From the NCBI GenBank assembly GCA_002633005.1, contig NMRA01000160.1, positions 502,277 through 566,276 on the forward strand: a DNA stretch of 64,000 nucleotides. The letters are read 5' to 3'. Below, piece by piece: positions 53,201-64,000 of this stretch. The notes beneath the pieces were generated by a model. It was not told where the DNA came from. It did no database searches and saw nothing but the letters and a program-made list of their open reading frames with translations. The DNA comes from Phoronis australis. Lineage: Eukaryota; Animalia; Phoronida. Each line of letters begins with the position of its first letter. Position 1 is the stretch's first letter. The position numbers and the translations under genes are program-made.

Positions 53201-56200
53201 TCTGAACGTAACCCCCGTTTTTAGTAAAAGGTCCACATTCTCAAAAATTCGAGCCCCCCCCCTCCCATTTTTAGGCTGGGTGCGTGCATGTGAACAAAGA
53301 AAAAACCTATTTACTAGTGCAATGTGTGTGTACACCAAACTGAAGACTTTTTACCGTAATAGTGAACAGCTGCAATTTCTAGCAATGTAGTCTTCAAAGC
53401 AGCTAGAAATGGGACAAACTAGACATTTTTCATAATGCGTCGTGCTTCTGTGCCCTTAATACAAAGGCGACATATTAAACAGTTATTTTGAAAAACTAGG
53501 AATCTATTATGAATTAAGATACTGGGTGCGAAAAGTTTTCATGTAGTGTAGCATTTTTGGGAGTTTTAAGCTAGAAAACCCGGTGTGCATGGACCTCAAA
53601 GATTTCAGGACAACAATCGGATATTGCGTTTCCTCAATTAAGATAACCAGCTCCATCAGTTGAACAGCTGCTGCCATCTATCAGCAAACTCTGTAGTGGT
53701 GGGACTGAGATTCGATTCAGAGGGTTTCCAAAAAGGGTGAGCATACGAATTTTGGGGGGATTGCGTTATGGTTCAAAGCGGACTTTCTTGTACACATTAC
53801 GGAGACGTAGGCACGCAAAGGATCTGTCTGAAAGGCATTTACATAAGGTTTCCTGGTCCATGCCTCCTTAAACGTATTATCTATGAAGGTAAACATTATC
53901 TAGCAAAACTGCCAACACAAACAGAACAGTGCTCCAATTCACAGTGATTAGCTAATATCATAGCAAATGAAATGGAACACAGAACNGTGCCCTTAATACA
54001 AAGGCGATATATTAAACAGTTATTTTTAAAAACTAGGAATCTATTATGAATTAAGATATTGGGTGCGAAAAGTTTTCATGTAGTGTTTTGAATCAGTGAA
54101 AAACATGCGTTTTTGGGAGTTTTAAGCTAGAAAACCCGGTGTGCATGGACCTCAAAGTAGATTTCAGGACAACAATCAGATATTGCGTTTCCTCAATTAA
54201 TATAACCAGCTCCATCAGTTGAACAGCTGCTGCCATCTATCAGCAAACTCTGTAGTGGTGGGACTGAGATTCGATTCAGAGGGTTTCCAAAAAGGGTGAG
54301 CATACGAATTTTGGGGGGATTGCGTTATGGTTCAAAGCGGACTTTCTTGTACACATTACGGAGACGTAGGCACGCAAAGGATCTGTCTGAAAGGCATTTA
54401 CATAAGGTTTCCTGGTCCATGCCTCCTTAAACGTATTATCTATGAAGGTAAACATTATCTAGCAAAACTGCCAACACAAACAGAACAGTGCTCCAATTCA
54501 CAGTGATTAGCTAATATCATAGCAAATGAAATGGAACACAGAACAAATGAACAGCAAATTCAATCCCTTTCAGCTGCACTTAAATCTCGGCAATGGTCTG
54601 ATATAACGTGCCCGAATTTTGAAAACCAGTTTTCTCAATTGAATAACTGGCATCAAACTGATTCTCAAAATACAGGTGCGTTATATTAAGACTATTGCCT
54701 AAATGTCTCCAGTTCAGGACACAGCATGGAGAAAAAGAGATTTCATTTTCTCATGATTTAATTTTTTCTGGCAGCACCACATCGAGGCTACGCAATTTTC
54801 AACTTCTATACCACTGTGACCATATCACAATATTTTAAAGACTTTAGGCCATTCACTACGTCAGAAGCCTTGAATCGCAAAAAAACACACAAAGCTGGTA
54901 ATTACTGTTGTCCCAAATCGGTGAAATTCAACTGAAACATTCAGACGTCAACTTATTCAGCTGTATTCACCCAGAGCTAATTTTTCACTGGTGGTCCCCC
55001 AACATCACTCGTGAGTGGACAAGTTCACAAATTACATGTTGGAGAACACGCCATAAACAACAGGTTTACTTCAAAAATCACCAACCCTTAACACAAATGG
55101 TGAAAATGAACACAGCCAAACGGAACCAAAATAAACACAAACCAGGACCGGATTGACCTAATTACATTCACCTAGACTGAGACTACTTACGATTCGGCAG
55201 CCTCCAGGCGAGCTTCAGCACGCTCCAGGTCAACTTCATTGATGGCCAGCTTGCGAGCAGCCTGTTAAGGGAAGACAAACTTATTAAATAGTTGGACAAT
55301 GTGACAGTGCGTTTTGTAAGATATCGGTTATTGTGAAGACTTGATGAAGACTTAATTAAACGAAAAACAGGATTCTAAGAGAGCCAAAACAAAGCCTAAA
55401 ATTTTCCGTGGAATAGTCAAAACACCAAGTGCAGTGCAAAAATCGCGCACATTCATTAGCACCAGAAGTTACGAGAATGTTTAGGAAACATTAAAAAAGA
55501 TATATTTACTTAAGGTTTACTACCAACTTGGCAAAATTTCACGAGATCATTAGAATTAGGCAACAGCATTACATCTCACTGGGATATGAGAAAAAAAATA
55601 AACTTCATGCAATATTTATGTTCCAGTAACTACTGGCAAATTTGTACAAAAACAGTGGATGATTATCGTAAATCTTCAAAAGAACAAAACGTTACCGAAC
55701 AGCGGATAAAGGATAAACATGTCATAGAACTTTCACGATTCCATGCACAAATGCTAGCCTAATAAATTTACATTTGAATTAGTTTAAAGGCACATCCAGT
55801 AAAGATAATTCTCGTTGAACGAATTTCTTGTTGAGACAAGGTTTTGATGTCCCTGTGCAGTGCACATTAGAATAAAACTATCTCATTGAGCAGAAACAGA
55901 ATTTTTGCACATGTGGCTGCAATGAGATTTTTCTAACGCTTTCTAGTAACATTTAGAAATTGTCTGCAAATGCACAAGACTTGGGTGCTTCGGTCAACAG
56001 TCTAGAAAATTAACATCATTTCCACATAGATTCAAATCTGGGACTTTTTAAATTAGAAGCCAAAGGCTTTGCCAACGCGGCCTGTTATACTAAGTACGAC
56101 AGTTTAACTAAAATTTTTATCAATGCTGAAAACACTGATTTGGCACCTCTCGGGACACTTGATTTTTCAAAGCATTGAAAATTTCCAAATTCATTGACTT

Positions 56201-59200
56201 TCAACAAATGAACATTCCACAGGGAACGTTTTGCTGCAGTTTGAAGTTGACAATTATTTTTGACATTCGAAATGGTACTGCATGGGACTTTAAAAGGGTT
56301 AACAAAATTCAGACAACTGTAATACAAGCCAAAAGTCTTCAGACAAAATGACCTGGAATTCTCCAGCATGACGGCTGAGCGAAAGCCAATTCATTGTCAT
56401 ATTGGGGGAATCAACGGGAAGGCAAATGAGGTGACTAAGCCATTCTGCTACCAGAATTTTGTCACTCTAATATCAGTAATTTTTGCTTTTCACGCAATTA
56501 ACTATCACGAAGGGTTACTGGTATTTTGTCTGAATACTTTTGTCTTGTACTGTATAACATTGAACAACATGTTAGTAAAACACAATTCATAATTTTCTGA
56601 GGACACTCCAAATAATCGGCTGAAATATCACCTTGGGGATTTCCCCTTGAAGTAAAATCGAAAATGAATACTCATCACGGTCCTTTGGAAAAAAACAAGC
56701 AAAACAATTTTTTATCATATATCAGCTTGGATTGTCCTCCTTTTCTTACAAATGGTGTGCAACTTTTCAGCTACTTTTACGCAACTTTTCAGCTACTTTT
56801 ACAAACCACCACTGAAACCAAGAATGTCAAACAACGCATAAGCGCATAAGCACATCACCAAGGTAAGATGTCGTTGCACATTTTCATACAAGTTGGTTGA
56901 CATTTGGAAGGCATTTGACGTAGTGTAAACACAATAACAACTAAATCTGCTAGCACCATGCAGGTCAGTGATACCTAGGTCTGAAATCAATCAATGCTGT
57001 TAGTCACAATTTCATGGAAGAAATCTACAATTAATGTGTGAGGCATTCGTCATGTCATCAAAAATGCACAGTGAAAATACAATTCTGATTCCGAACACAA
57101 ACGCACATACTCTCACTCATACGCGTGCACAGACGAAGCAATATTATGTTCCAATCACGACGAAGAAACTACCGCACCATTATCACCACACAATCTGGAG
57201 TGGGGGAAAACGGAGACGACAACGGGTCACAAACTGTTAATAGTCTCGTTCCTTGGTTGCACCACACGGACACTCCGACAATATGGAAAATATTTGATGC
57301 TTTCAACAGTGACCTCAAAACGCAGAAGAAAACCAGCACCGTTGATGGACATTTACACCCACCATATATCTTCATACTAATGCCAAAGTCTGGGTAAATG
57401 CCCGCCCACGAATTTTACGCAATATCACTTTTAAGCATCCACTTTTGCTTGCGTCCAATTTAACACCCATGTTTAGATTTTTTGTTCGATATAAACGCCT
57501 GGCCTGAATAAGTACAGAAGGTAGTTCGAAACCACTACAGCAAGATTTCTTCCCTTAAGCACTCAATTTATTTTTCTAGATGACCTGCTCTGAGACCAAG
57601 TTGAAGCATCTAAAGCAAAGAGTCAACATGAGCGAGATACACAGACCTCGTCAAACTTGGTCTCGGTATCCTTGACAACAACTCGCGCGGTCTCCACTTC
57701 TTTTTCCAGTCCAAGGATTTTCTCTTCGTCCGCAATTGAACGGGACTCCATAGCTTTTCTATTTCTAAACGTGCAAACGTAAAAGAGCAGGTGAGATTCG
57801 AATGCATGACAGCCACTGAACAGAAATCATGAGATTGAGAAATCTGACACTAATAACATCACCAGGCATCAGGCATGAGAAGACTCCATCATCCACACCT
57901 CATCAAACTTGGTCTCCGTATCAGAGAGAACAACGCGCGTGGTTTCCAGCTCTTTTTCCAAACCAGCAATTTTGTCCTCCTCTGTGAATGACCGAGACTC
58001 CATTGCTTTTCTATTTCTAAAGGGGGATGGTAATATTTTTAAGAGAATGAAAAAAACCTCAGGGAGTTCCCGGAGATCTCGAGGGAAAATAAACACCAGA
58101 GCGTAGTCCATCTTCTGTCTACTGGAGAGAAAGTTCAAGCACTAAAAGCAAATGTCTATCTAGCAGCCAACACGCCACCTGGTGGCCATAACAACTGAAA
58201 TGATAAGCGAAAAAGCAACTAATTATATGTCACAGGTTGTAGAGCGTTCTCCGGCACATCTAGATGTTGATCTACAAATCTAATCTTGGTTAATGACTCT
58301 GCAGCCCTCCAGCCAGCCGCAGTCGCATGCACTGGCTACACTGTGCTTATGCATGCAGCTTCACCTCGTCAAATTTTCTGTCGGCATCTTCAGCTATGAG
58401 CCGCGCCTCCTTTAGTTGGTCCTCTAGCGTCTCGCACCGCTCCTCATCTGCAGTGTTGCGGCTCTCTAGAGCCTTGCGCCCTCTGTGGAGCAAACACACA
58501 AACCACACACACAACATTAGTTACAACAACCACGAACAACAACAGTATCAACAACGACAACAATGATGGCAATCCTTTCGCAGTCGCAAATCTGTCCCAA
58601 TCAGAAAGGGAAGTGCGAACTGAAAAGAGCACAGCACTCAAGAGAGGGGGTGCCATCGAGTGACCTACCTCATCAAATTTGCGCTCAGCCTCTGTACGCA
58701 ACTCAGTGGCCTCATTTAGTGCCGCTTCGAGTGTTTCTATTCTCTCCTCGTCTATAGCTCGTCGATTATCCAGGCTTTTTCTTTGCCTGATGCCATGCGG
58801 GGGAGAAAGGGACATGCAAGGTTAGTTGAAAGGTTAGCTCTACCAACTATTCTGACAAAAAATTGGCTCCTGTTGGTGTGCGTCCTAAACTGTTCGCACA
58901 CACTGAAAGCACAAACCCAAACAAATAACTCTTTCCGCATAATTTTATTACTTCAAAGACACAGACTATAAAGACAACAACTGTCAAAGCAAAGCTACAT
59001 ACTCTGCAAGAAAAATAAAGATAAAAATAGCAAATATAAAAAAGGCATAACAAGCTGGGGTAAATGATTTGATTGACAGCAGTTGCATTCGCTTGTTCTT
59101 GATAGGTTTTCTCATCACTACAAAAACGGTGCTTTTGACCTTGACCCTGTGCTGGAGAACAATAAGGCAGTTTTCAAAGTCTCTCCTGAGTTCTTTGAAA

Positions 59201-60236
59201 TTCGTGGGAAACGAATCCATCATGGTCTCTGGATTGAGGTTCAATTTTAGGATTTGAGCACAGGGGGGCTAATTTTGCTTGTCCACTTCAAGACAAGAAG
59301 CACAGAAATGCTTGCGACTGTTTGTTTTAATTGTGTCATAAATTTATGAAAGGATTGTGTGGTTTTGCTTCAAGCTACAAAAGTTAGAAGCAAAACCATC
59401 CTGCAGTATATAAATTCTAACCCTGGAGACATGTATTGAGGATTGGGACTTTGAAATTGTTTTGAAGCACAACACCCCTGTGGGAGTGTAAAGAGTTTGA
59501 TACAGCCACAACTGCAGGACTCTGTGCTAGAGATAAGGGAAAGACAGACAGGAAATGGTTACCATCAGACTAAACAAATCACAGCAAAGATATACATTGT
59601 AAAAAACAAACTCCCATTAGATAGAAACCCAACATCATGTATTGGATGAACACTTTAAGCAGACAAAAAAGCCATGATAATTCTTCACCTATTTTGTGAT
59701 TTTTTGTTTAACAAGGACTAGTTTCCTATTTTAATGTCATATAAATGGGTATTTCAACCCGTATCGGGAATTGTTAGCAACGGCCATCTTACTCTCGCGT
59801 TCATCATCAATACTGTATAATGTATATACCACCGGCCTAATAAGCACATAACAGACATTTCTGTCCTCTTGTGGAGGGGGAGATTGTGTTTTGTGCACTC
59901 TCAAAAATGGTGATAACAGTGAAGTAACTGGACCAGGACCATATAATAACAATAATGAAGCGTTCACAGAAACATCTCTCTTAGCGATTTCACATTTTAG
60001 TTACTCAACCACAGGACATTGCCTGTAACTTCGGCACATTTTCAGTAATTGCCACTAATCCAATTGTTACTGTTAATATATCATACGGACAAGTGAACTC
60101 ACCTCTCGCTCTCATCAGCAGCTTGGGATGCCTCATCTAGTTTGGCTACCACCTCATTGAGTCGTTCTTCTGTTAAATCAAAGTTATCTTGCAGGAGTGT
60201 CAATTTATTGTTCAGGGATATCACCTCGGCATCGGC
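41195..60236 (-). CDS. Tpm: Tropomyosin, exons 3-9 with three clusters of alternative exons; exons 1-2 outside the window
   Basis: Exon sizes 134/118/71/76/63/70/83 nt and their phases match canonical tropomyosin exons 3-9. Signature sequences: [60 protein letters not shown]. Confidence 0.97.
42102..42184 (-). CDS. Tpm: Tropomyosin terminal exon 9b: (A)[26 protein letters not shown]
   Basis: ttttgcag acceptor, phase 1, exactly 83 nt to TGA. Confidence 0.85.
43589..43671 (-). CDS. Tpm: Tropomyosin terminal exon 9a: (D)[26 protein letters not shown]
   Basis: tttcag acceptor, phase 1, exactly 83 nt to TAG. Confidence 0.9.
45281..45350 (-). CDS. Tpm: Tropomyosin exon 8: [23 protein letters not shown]
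   Basis: 70 nt, tttcag / gtactg. Confidence 0.95.
46378..46440 (-). CDS. Tpm: Tropomyosin exon 7: [21 protein letters not shown]
   Basis: 63 nt, ttccag / gtaagg. Retains E218. Confidence 0.95.
49484..49639. other. Assembly gap (156 N) between C-rich runs
   Basis: Run of N characters. Confidence 1.
49725..49800 (-). CDS. Tpm: Tropomyosin alternative exon 6c (canonical type): [25 protein letters not shown]
   Basis: 76 nt, ttacag / gtatac, phase 2 to 0. Confidence 0.95.
50377..50452 (-). CDS. Tpm: Tropomyosin alternative exon 6b: [25 protein letters not shown]
   Basis: 76 nt, ttgtag / gtacaa, phase 2 to 0. Confidence 0.92.
50602..51975. mobile_element. Non-autonomous Helentron/HINE-like (pearl/DINE-1-type) element with internal repeats
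   Basis: Starts aacaagagc with the palindrome gtgcc-gaca-ggcac. Internal ~440-bp-period repeats (gatccttt...gcaaaaataacaaaaatg at ~50860 and ~51301). GACA-type microsatellite at ~51875-51905. Terminal hairpin tattcacc...ggtgaata followed by an A run. Confidence 0.65.
52285..52360 (-). CDS. Tpm: Tropomyosin alternative exon 6a (divergent): [25 protein letters not shown]
   Basis: Exactly 76 nt, ttgtag / gtaaga, phase 2 to 0, open frame, same heptad register as 6b and 6c. Confidence 0.85.
53027..53290 (-). mobile_element. MITE family B copy
   Basis: TIR cacgggcgcacccag / ctgggtgcgtgcatg. Flanks tgtac / tgaac (degenerate 5-bp TSD). Homologous to 11408-11640. Confidence 0.75.
53450..54544. repeat. 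Near-identical direct duplication (53450-53985 and 53987-54544) joined by a single N; probable haplotype artefact
   Basis: The copies differ by a few SNPs and two small indels. The junction is one N at 53986. Confidence 0.9.
55191..55261 (-). CDS. Tpm: Tropomyosin exon 5: [23 protein letters not shown](S)
   Basis: 71 nt, taacag / gtaagt. Confidence 0.97.
57647..57764 (-). CDS. Tpm: Tropomyosin alternative exon 4d: [39 protein letters not shown]
   Basis: 118 nt, gtttag / gtctgt, phase 2 to 0. Confidence 0.9.
57899..58016 (-). CDS. Tpm: Tropomyosin alternative exon 4c: [39 protein letters not shown]
   Basis: 118 nt, ctttag / gtgtgg. Confidence 0.9.
58365..58482 (-). CDS. Tpm: Tropomyosin alternative exon 4b (canonical type): [39 protein letters not shown]
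   Basis: 118 nt, ccacag / gtgaag. Confidence 0.95.
58669..58786 (-). CDS. Tpm: Tropomyosin alternative exon 4a: [39 protein letters not shown]
   Basis: 118 nt, catcag / gtaggt. Branch-point-like ACTAAC at 58821-58826. Confidence 0.92.
60103..60236 (-). CDS. Tpm: Tropomyosin exon 3: [44 protein letters not shown](R)
   Basis: 134 nt, ctacag / gtgagt. Confidence 0.95.
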
Positions 60237-63200
60237 CTGTAGAAAGAAAATCACAACTTTAATCCCCAGCATTACCCAGTCGACATGAACGTACACAGCT
60301 TCGGTCAGTTTAGCCCTTACAACTCAGTATTCTCCATAACCAAAAATCCAAATGTGTCGGTAAGGCAGGCATCAAACGAAAGTGTCATTAGCGAATCAAC
60401 TATCATTCTCTGTAGTGCACAATTACCTGCCTCTTGCTCAATGTACTTTTAAGTTTAAAAACGGTAATTAAAACATGTTTGCCAACAGATGAAAATTTCC
60501 TCTCTTGTAGATGAACACCCAACTGATTCCGACACTCAGCATCATATGGCTACTGCTCAGGATATGTGACTTATTGATGAGGTGGAGGTTACTAAGGCCC
60601 CACAGGTCCACCTCCAGAAATGATCAGAGGCCCTTCCTTTCACAGCAATTACAACCGTGCAACCTTTCGAAATTGTGCCCCACCCCACTCACAATAGTCG
60701 GTGTTCATATTTACAAAATAATAGACAGCCAAGGACCAGTTTTTCCTCGGAGGTCATTTGTTGAGGGAATCTAACCTCCTGTGGATCTGCCACTGATGAT
60801 GTGGGCATTGGACTACTGTGGCAATATCCAACCACAGGCTTGGACAGACATGTCGCTATGGCAACATTCAGTCACCAGCTGAACATCAAAGCTATGACCA
60901 GAGAGCAATGGGCTGACTGCAATATGGTCTATTTCAACTCCAAACAATTAATTCTTAAGTACAAAAAGTAGCAATGAACAAGTGGATTTTGTCAGGACCA
61001 GCTGCTGGATACATGGCATCCAAAATTTACAATTTACAGTTAACCTGTATCTTTAGCATTACTATTCCAAGTCATTTAGTCAAGAATTTTTCAAATTTAC
61101 TCCACAACAGACTACACACATAATTGTACAGCTGGTCAATCTCAAAGGCGATATAATCATGTCTGCTATTCCAACATTCACTTATCAATAACAGACTGCT
61201 AAGCATGACACCCCACTGCCCTTCTCCCTGCAGGACGTATTAAAATTAAATGTTGAGTCCAGCAAGTCTATGCCAGCTGAACAGCACACAGAAGTAAAGG
61301 GGGAGGGGGTGCAAAGCTCCTACACAAACACTTGACTAGCAGTGGTAAACCATGTGTAAACAGAGCTCTAATAGGTGAACAGGGGAACAGATTAATTCCT
61401 ACATCACCATATATGGAGTAAGGTTGAAATTACACCCCAGTCATGTTTGGACAACAATATGTGAAACCCCCACAGACACCACAGTGACTGCTCTGATGCA
61501 TAAAATCCAAGTGTTAAAGCCATATAAGATGTTCATTAGGGCCAACCAGTTAAGAATGTAAAAGGTCAGGTCAATCATTCAATTTTACAATGTGTTTTAC
61601 TCTATTGACAGGATGTAGCCAATATCAGCAGTCTGTGGCACTTGAAGGCAAATCTTCAGCAGCAGATCTACAGATCTACGCTGTGAGGGTGAGATAAAAG
61701 CCAGTAAGGCTTCTGACAAATACTTGGGCTTGTTGGCTTGAGCAGAATCAGAACAACAGCACAATGGCAAACGCATCCAACTGACCGCTCGTGTTGGGGG
61801 ACCGAGATGCCACATTTGGTACCTGACAATGCCACATTCGCATTATGACCTTGGATAGAAGACATATACCATAATATTGCTGACAGAGAGCACATGCCCA
61901 GGGAAAGGCGAGAGAGTCAACATGTTATGACATCCAATCCACCTTAAATGTTGATTAGGGGTGATGACAAACAAACTAACTGCTGGCAAAAATGACCCCT
62001 TCTATCTTGCCAAAATGTTAGCATTTTCGTATCTGAAAACTGGTGGCATTTTTACCACCAATGAGAACCTTGTACCAAGTGTTGACTAGCACAAATTGTT
62101 TCAACTCAAACTTTGAACATGTCATTTATTGACCAGAAGGCTTAAGACTTGTTCCACCATTCAATATATATATTCCACAATAAACACAGGCCAGATAAGA
62201 GACCAGAAACACTTCACATTTATAGAATAAGATAACAGGACAAAAATGTGTATTTGGGCTGGAAGAGTGGCAGCCTTGTGTGCAAACCTATTTAAACTAT
62301 GTTGACAAAGGGGACATTGGTTAGGAGAGCTTTGCTGCTTGGGAAATAAGACCAAGCTTCATAAGCCCTCATTGCCAGTTCCCCGTCTTGCAAAGATTTG
62401 TTGAACGACAGCCGCATAACATATGAACTTATGTAACAATCTACAGAAACAGACAGATTCACTGAAATGCCCTCAATGAAAACTAAAAACCATGCCCACG
62501 ACTCAACGTGGTCCGGCACAGCCCACCTCAGTCACTGTTATAACAAGCCCATGACAAAGTCCTTCGTAAATGTGATCAGATTCTCTACAACATGTTGTAC
62601 ACAGCGCTCTATCTATGATGACAAGTCTTTGAGCTCATAAATCCATAGATTATGCTTGGAAGAAAACAACTTCAGTTATGGGTTAGAAATCATCTAGATG
62701 TCGAATTGAAATTTTAGTTATATTCAAAATCCATAGGCAAGAGGGCAGTTGTAACAACCACTCAACACAAAAAAAATCCATTTCCCACCAATTTCTAGTA
62801 ATATTGGGGTAATTTGCCATGGAGACAAGACCATCCTCCAGTGATTCAGTTTTTAAGAATGACTAGTGAACACATTCGCATAAAATACTGAAAGGGTAAT
62901 CCCTGGTGCAAGATATTCATCACTTGACTCTCTGCCATGTATGGAGACTACAAAACTCAATAAACTCACTACTGTAGTGCAATCATCACATTCCACAGCC
63001 ATGAATCACCACTTGGAGCCCCAGACAGACTGCTAGGATGTGTCCAATCTCCATGTGCTTGCCAGTAGGGTTTATATGTTAGTGGTTTGGGATAGCACTG
63101 GCTCATTGAAATGGAGGTTTTGTTGGCGAAATGTGAAACTACCAATACTTCGTGAGATATAGGCGGAGTATAAAAGCAGCGATATTTTAAGGTCAGTTCA

Positions 63201-64000
63201 TATCTTTTCAATGTACAAGTTTGAGCCATCAATTATGCCAACTTCTACTTCCAGAAGAGTGCCAAAACTCATAAGTTAAATACTAGCCGCTTCCTTAACA
63301 GATATTTGTGTTTAGTAATGAAACTTATAAAACAGGGATGAAAATTTGATACTCAATACAAGCTCTTTGTGATATTTCCGTCTTATTACCAAATGCAACA
63401 CAAGGATTTTTCTAGGATTCAAGACAGGTTACATTAAACATAAAGTTTTGTTTTCAACAAAGCGCTAACTTGATCTCAACATTTGGCGCACATTAAAAAG
63501 ATCAGTTTGCTACGTTTCAGTGAAACGGCCTTCAACCCTATAATCCAACCCAGTCAGAATGCACCGTGGGTTCAAACAGGTATCTTAACGCTTGTTGCAC
63601 CTGTCACACAGGGTCACATCACATACCAGCATAGACAGTCAGGAGATGATGCCCAATGACACCTGTACACTTCATGAAATGATTGCCTAAGCTACTCCAC
63701 CAAGTCAGGTGAAAATCAATGAGCTTACAATCCTCAGCTGATGGACATGCACTACACAACAACACAAACAGAAAGGGGGTGTGATCAGGTCAAAAGCTAA
63801 TTGCTGTGCTGACCAAGTCACAGTATCAGAGTATTCAACTTCAATTTCATTTGAAAAGGGGCCAAGCCTAAAATGCACAAAAGGGGGAGGGCTATTGAAC
63901 TGTTCTGTACCTCTGATGCAGTATGGACACAAGAGTTAAGAAGTTAATAAACTTAAAATTGAGTTAAATACGCCAGAACAATGCGTTTCCAATCTGTAAA

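Noticed and set aside
53450-54544. ~540-bp tandem duplication inside a tropomyosin intron
   Set aside because: The copies are joined by a single N and differ by allele-like SNPs and indels. Most likely two haplotypes or overlapping contig ends, not a real duplication.
59793-59812. 20-nt AG/GT-flanked microexon candidate (IDDERE)
   Set aside because: Not a multiple of 3, weak acceptor; would frameshift the protein.
60237-64000. Search for tropomyosin exons 1 and 2
   Set aside because: No coiled-coil exon of the expected size was found; they presumably lie beyond the window.

Overview
Intron-rich animal genomic DNA. The tropomyosin and FoxQ2 sequences suggest a lophotrochozoan invertebrate (inference). 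Most ORFs in the supplied track are non-coding noise; the real genes appear only when the sequence is read through GT-AG splice sites. From left to right: (1) a spliced CCDC73-like coiled-coil gene (+, 248 to at least 12990); (2) MITEs, a LINE fragment and a probable decayed multi-exon gene (22.7-25.9 kb); (3) a FoxQ2-class forkhead gene (-, 26867-27691); (4) a single-exon CCDC190-like ORF (-, 33310-33789); (5) the 3' part of a tropomyosin gene (-, 41195-60236; exons 1-2 lie outside the window). The tropomyosin gene is the most notable feature. It has four tandem 118-nt exon-4 variants, three 76-nt exon-6 variants and three 83-nt terminal coding exons, giving up to 36 equal-length isoforms. 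It also shows a positional UGCAUG (Rbfox-type) motif pattern and a candidate docking-site/selector RNA pairing at the exon-4 cluster. Two assembly artefacts are present: a 156-nt N gap and a duplicated segment joined by a single N.
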